A DNA stretch of 64,000 nt from Pecten maximus (Eukaryota), in assembly GCF_902652985.1 (NCBI RefSeq), contig NC_047033.1, positions 25,482,001-25,546,000 on the forward strand, in the 5' to 3' direction. The notes beneath the pieces are model-generated. The model was not told where the DNA came from. It ran no database searches and saw only the letters and a list, made by a program, of their open reading frames with translations. Position 1 is the stretch's first letter. Every line of letters begins with the position of its first letter. Below are positions 61,832-64,000 of the stretch, piece after piece. The translations under genes were made by a program, and so were the position numbers.

Positions 61832-62570
61832 CTACACAAAAAAAGAGTGGCAGTTAGGCCCTACTTTAAAAGAGCTGTGGATACATGTATATACATAATT
61901 ATTAATACATTTGGATCTTTTCTGTAACCTCTCTCTGAAAAAGACATACAATGTATCCCTATCCAGTTGTGTAATCCCTTTGTTATATACAATTCTTTAC
62001 ATTTGTGGTCACTCTTGTCTCTAACATAATATCAAAGTACTGAAAGTACTGAAGACACAAACGAAAACAAATTATTTTAACTGCTTTTGTTTAGTGGGGA
62101 CATGGTCAACTTTGTATGGAACATCACCAATACCTGATTAGGACTAGGACAAAATATTGGCAAGAAAAGAAATTCATATCTACTTTTGATTGCAAGTGCG
62201 TCTTGGCAGCTAATTGTCAGAATAGGTACTCGGGTAATCTTATTTGACATCTTCAATGGGTTAATGTATACGTAGTTGTAGATGTAATATGAAGGTCCTA
62301 GATTACCTGTAAAATTAATGAGGCCTTTCTTTTCAAACTTTTGAGGATCCCATGCCTATAAGCGCTTCACAAATTATCATTATCATTAGCATTTGAAAAA
62401 ATATTTATACATTTGATGTAGCGCCCCATCTAGCTACCAGCTTTTAGATATGAGAGAGCTCAGGTTAAAAACTCTTGTGTGATTGTTTTAGGATTTTATC
62501 GTGTGTGTGAGCCCTGGTTTGAATGATGTTATGTCAAGGTTATGAATGATATTTTGTGGCAGATTGTTCT

Positions 62571-64000
62571 ATCCCTTCAGTACCTTCTGTAAAATAGCAA
62601 TAACAAACTTCAATTGTCAAAATACAATATGGCTGCCTGTCGGCCATGTTGTTTTCCGATTAGTCTCAAAATGCAATATCCATAACTAGGCACCGAGGGG
62701 AACCTACATATAAAATTTGAGAAAGATCCCTTCAGCACTTTCTGAGAAATAGTGATAACAAACTTCAATTGTCCAAATCCAAGATGGCTGCCTGTCGGCC
62801 ATATTGTTTTCCGATTGGTCTCAAAATGCAATATGCATAACTAATGTAAGCACCAAGAGGAACCTACATATGAAATTTGAGAAAGATCAATTCAGTGCTT
62901 TCTGAGAAATAGCAATAACAAACTTCAATTGTCAAAACCTAAGATGGCTGCCTGTCAGCCATATTGTTTTCCGATTGGTCTCAAAATGCAATATGCATAA
63001 CCACCCACCAAGGGGAACCTACATATCAAATTTGAGAAAGATCCCTTCAGCACTTTTTGAGAAATAGCGATAACAAACTTCAATTGTCAAAATACAATAT
63101 GGCTGCCTGTCGGCCATGTTGTTTTCCGATTAGTCTCAAAATGCAATATCCATAACTAGGCACCGAGGGGAACCTACATATAAAATTTGAGAAAGATCCC
63201 TTCAGCACTTTCTGAGAAATAGTGATAACAAACTTCAATTGTCCAAATCCAAGATGGCTGCCTGTCGGCCATATTGTTTTCCGATTGGTCTCAAAATGCA
63301 ATATGCATAACTAATGTAAGCACCAAGAGGAACCTACATATGAAATTTGAGAAAGATCAATTCAGTGCTTTCTGAGAAATAGCAATAACAAACTTCAATT
63401 GTCAAAACCTAAGATGGCTGCCTGTCGGCCATATTGTTTTCCGATTGGTCTCAAAATGCAATATGCATAACCACCCACCAAGGGGAACCTACATATCAAA
63501 TTTGAGAAAGATCCCTTCAGCACTTTTTGAGAAATAGCGATAACAAACTTCAATTGTCCAAATCCAAGATGGCTGCCTGTCGGCCATGTTGTTTTCCGAT
63601 TAGTCTCAAAACGAAATATGCATAACTAGGCACCGAGGGGAACCTACTTATGAAATTTGAAAAAGATCCTGTCAAAACTTTCTGAGAAATAGTGATAACA
63701 AACTTCAATTGACAAAATCCAAGATGGCTGCCTGTCGGCCTTATTGTTTTCCGATTGGTCTCAAAATGCAATATGCATAACTAATGTTAGCACCAAGAGG
63801 AACCTATATATGAAATTTGAGAAAGATCAATTCAGTGCTTTCTGAGAAATAGCAATAACAAACTTCAATTGTCAAAACCTAAGATGGCTGCCTGTCGGCC
63901 ATATTGTTTTCCGATTGGTCTCAAAATGCAATATGCATAACTAGAAACCAAGAGAAACCTATGAAATTTTAGAAGATCCCTTCAGTACTTTGAGAAATAA
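62571..64000. repeat. Satellite-like array of ~155-160-bp monomers organised as a 470-bp trimer, running off the window end
   Basis: Near-identical blocks at 62610, 63080 and 63550, with three diverged monomers per block. Confidence 0.9.

Overview
AT-rich, repeat-dense eukaryotic (metazoan) genomic DNA. A bivalve mollusc is inferred from the repeat families, not proven. Left part (1-37.4 kb): a tandem array of five near-identical genes on the + strand, each an ANL-superfamily acyl-CoA synthetase / AMP-binding enzyme with an uninterrupted CDS. Copies 2 and 3 are intact (552 aa); copies 1, 4 and 5 are frameshifted. The spacers carry a hypervariable 32-bp A/C-rich minisatellite, which explains the long spurious 'TQDTKRTPQ' ORFs. 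They also carry Helentron-like non-autonomous elements (HINE type), a MITE, an orphan 3' flank of a lost copy, and a 162-bp retroposon whose 5' end is a twister ribozyme beginning at the cleavage site. Right part (39.4-61.8 kb): the 3' 17 exons (~750 codons, phases checked by hand) of a convergent minus-strand ankyrin-repeat gene. Its introns contain tRNA-derived SINEs, HINE-type elements and minisatellites, and four of its splice sites are each amplified into tandem arrays. No prokaryotic features, CRISPR arrays, rRNA or genuine tRNA genes were found.
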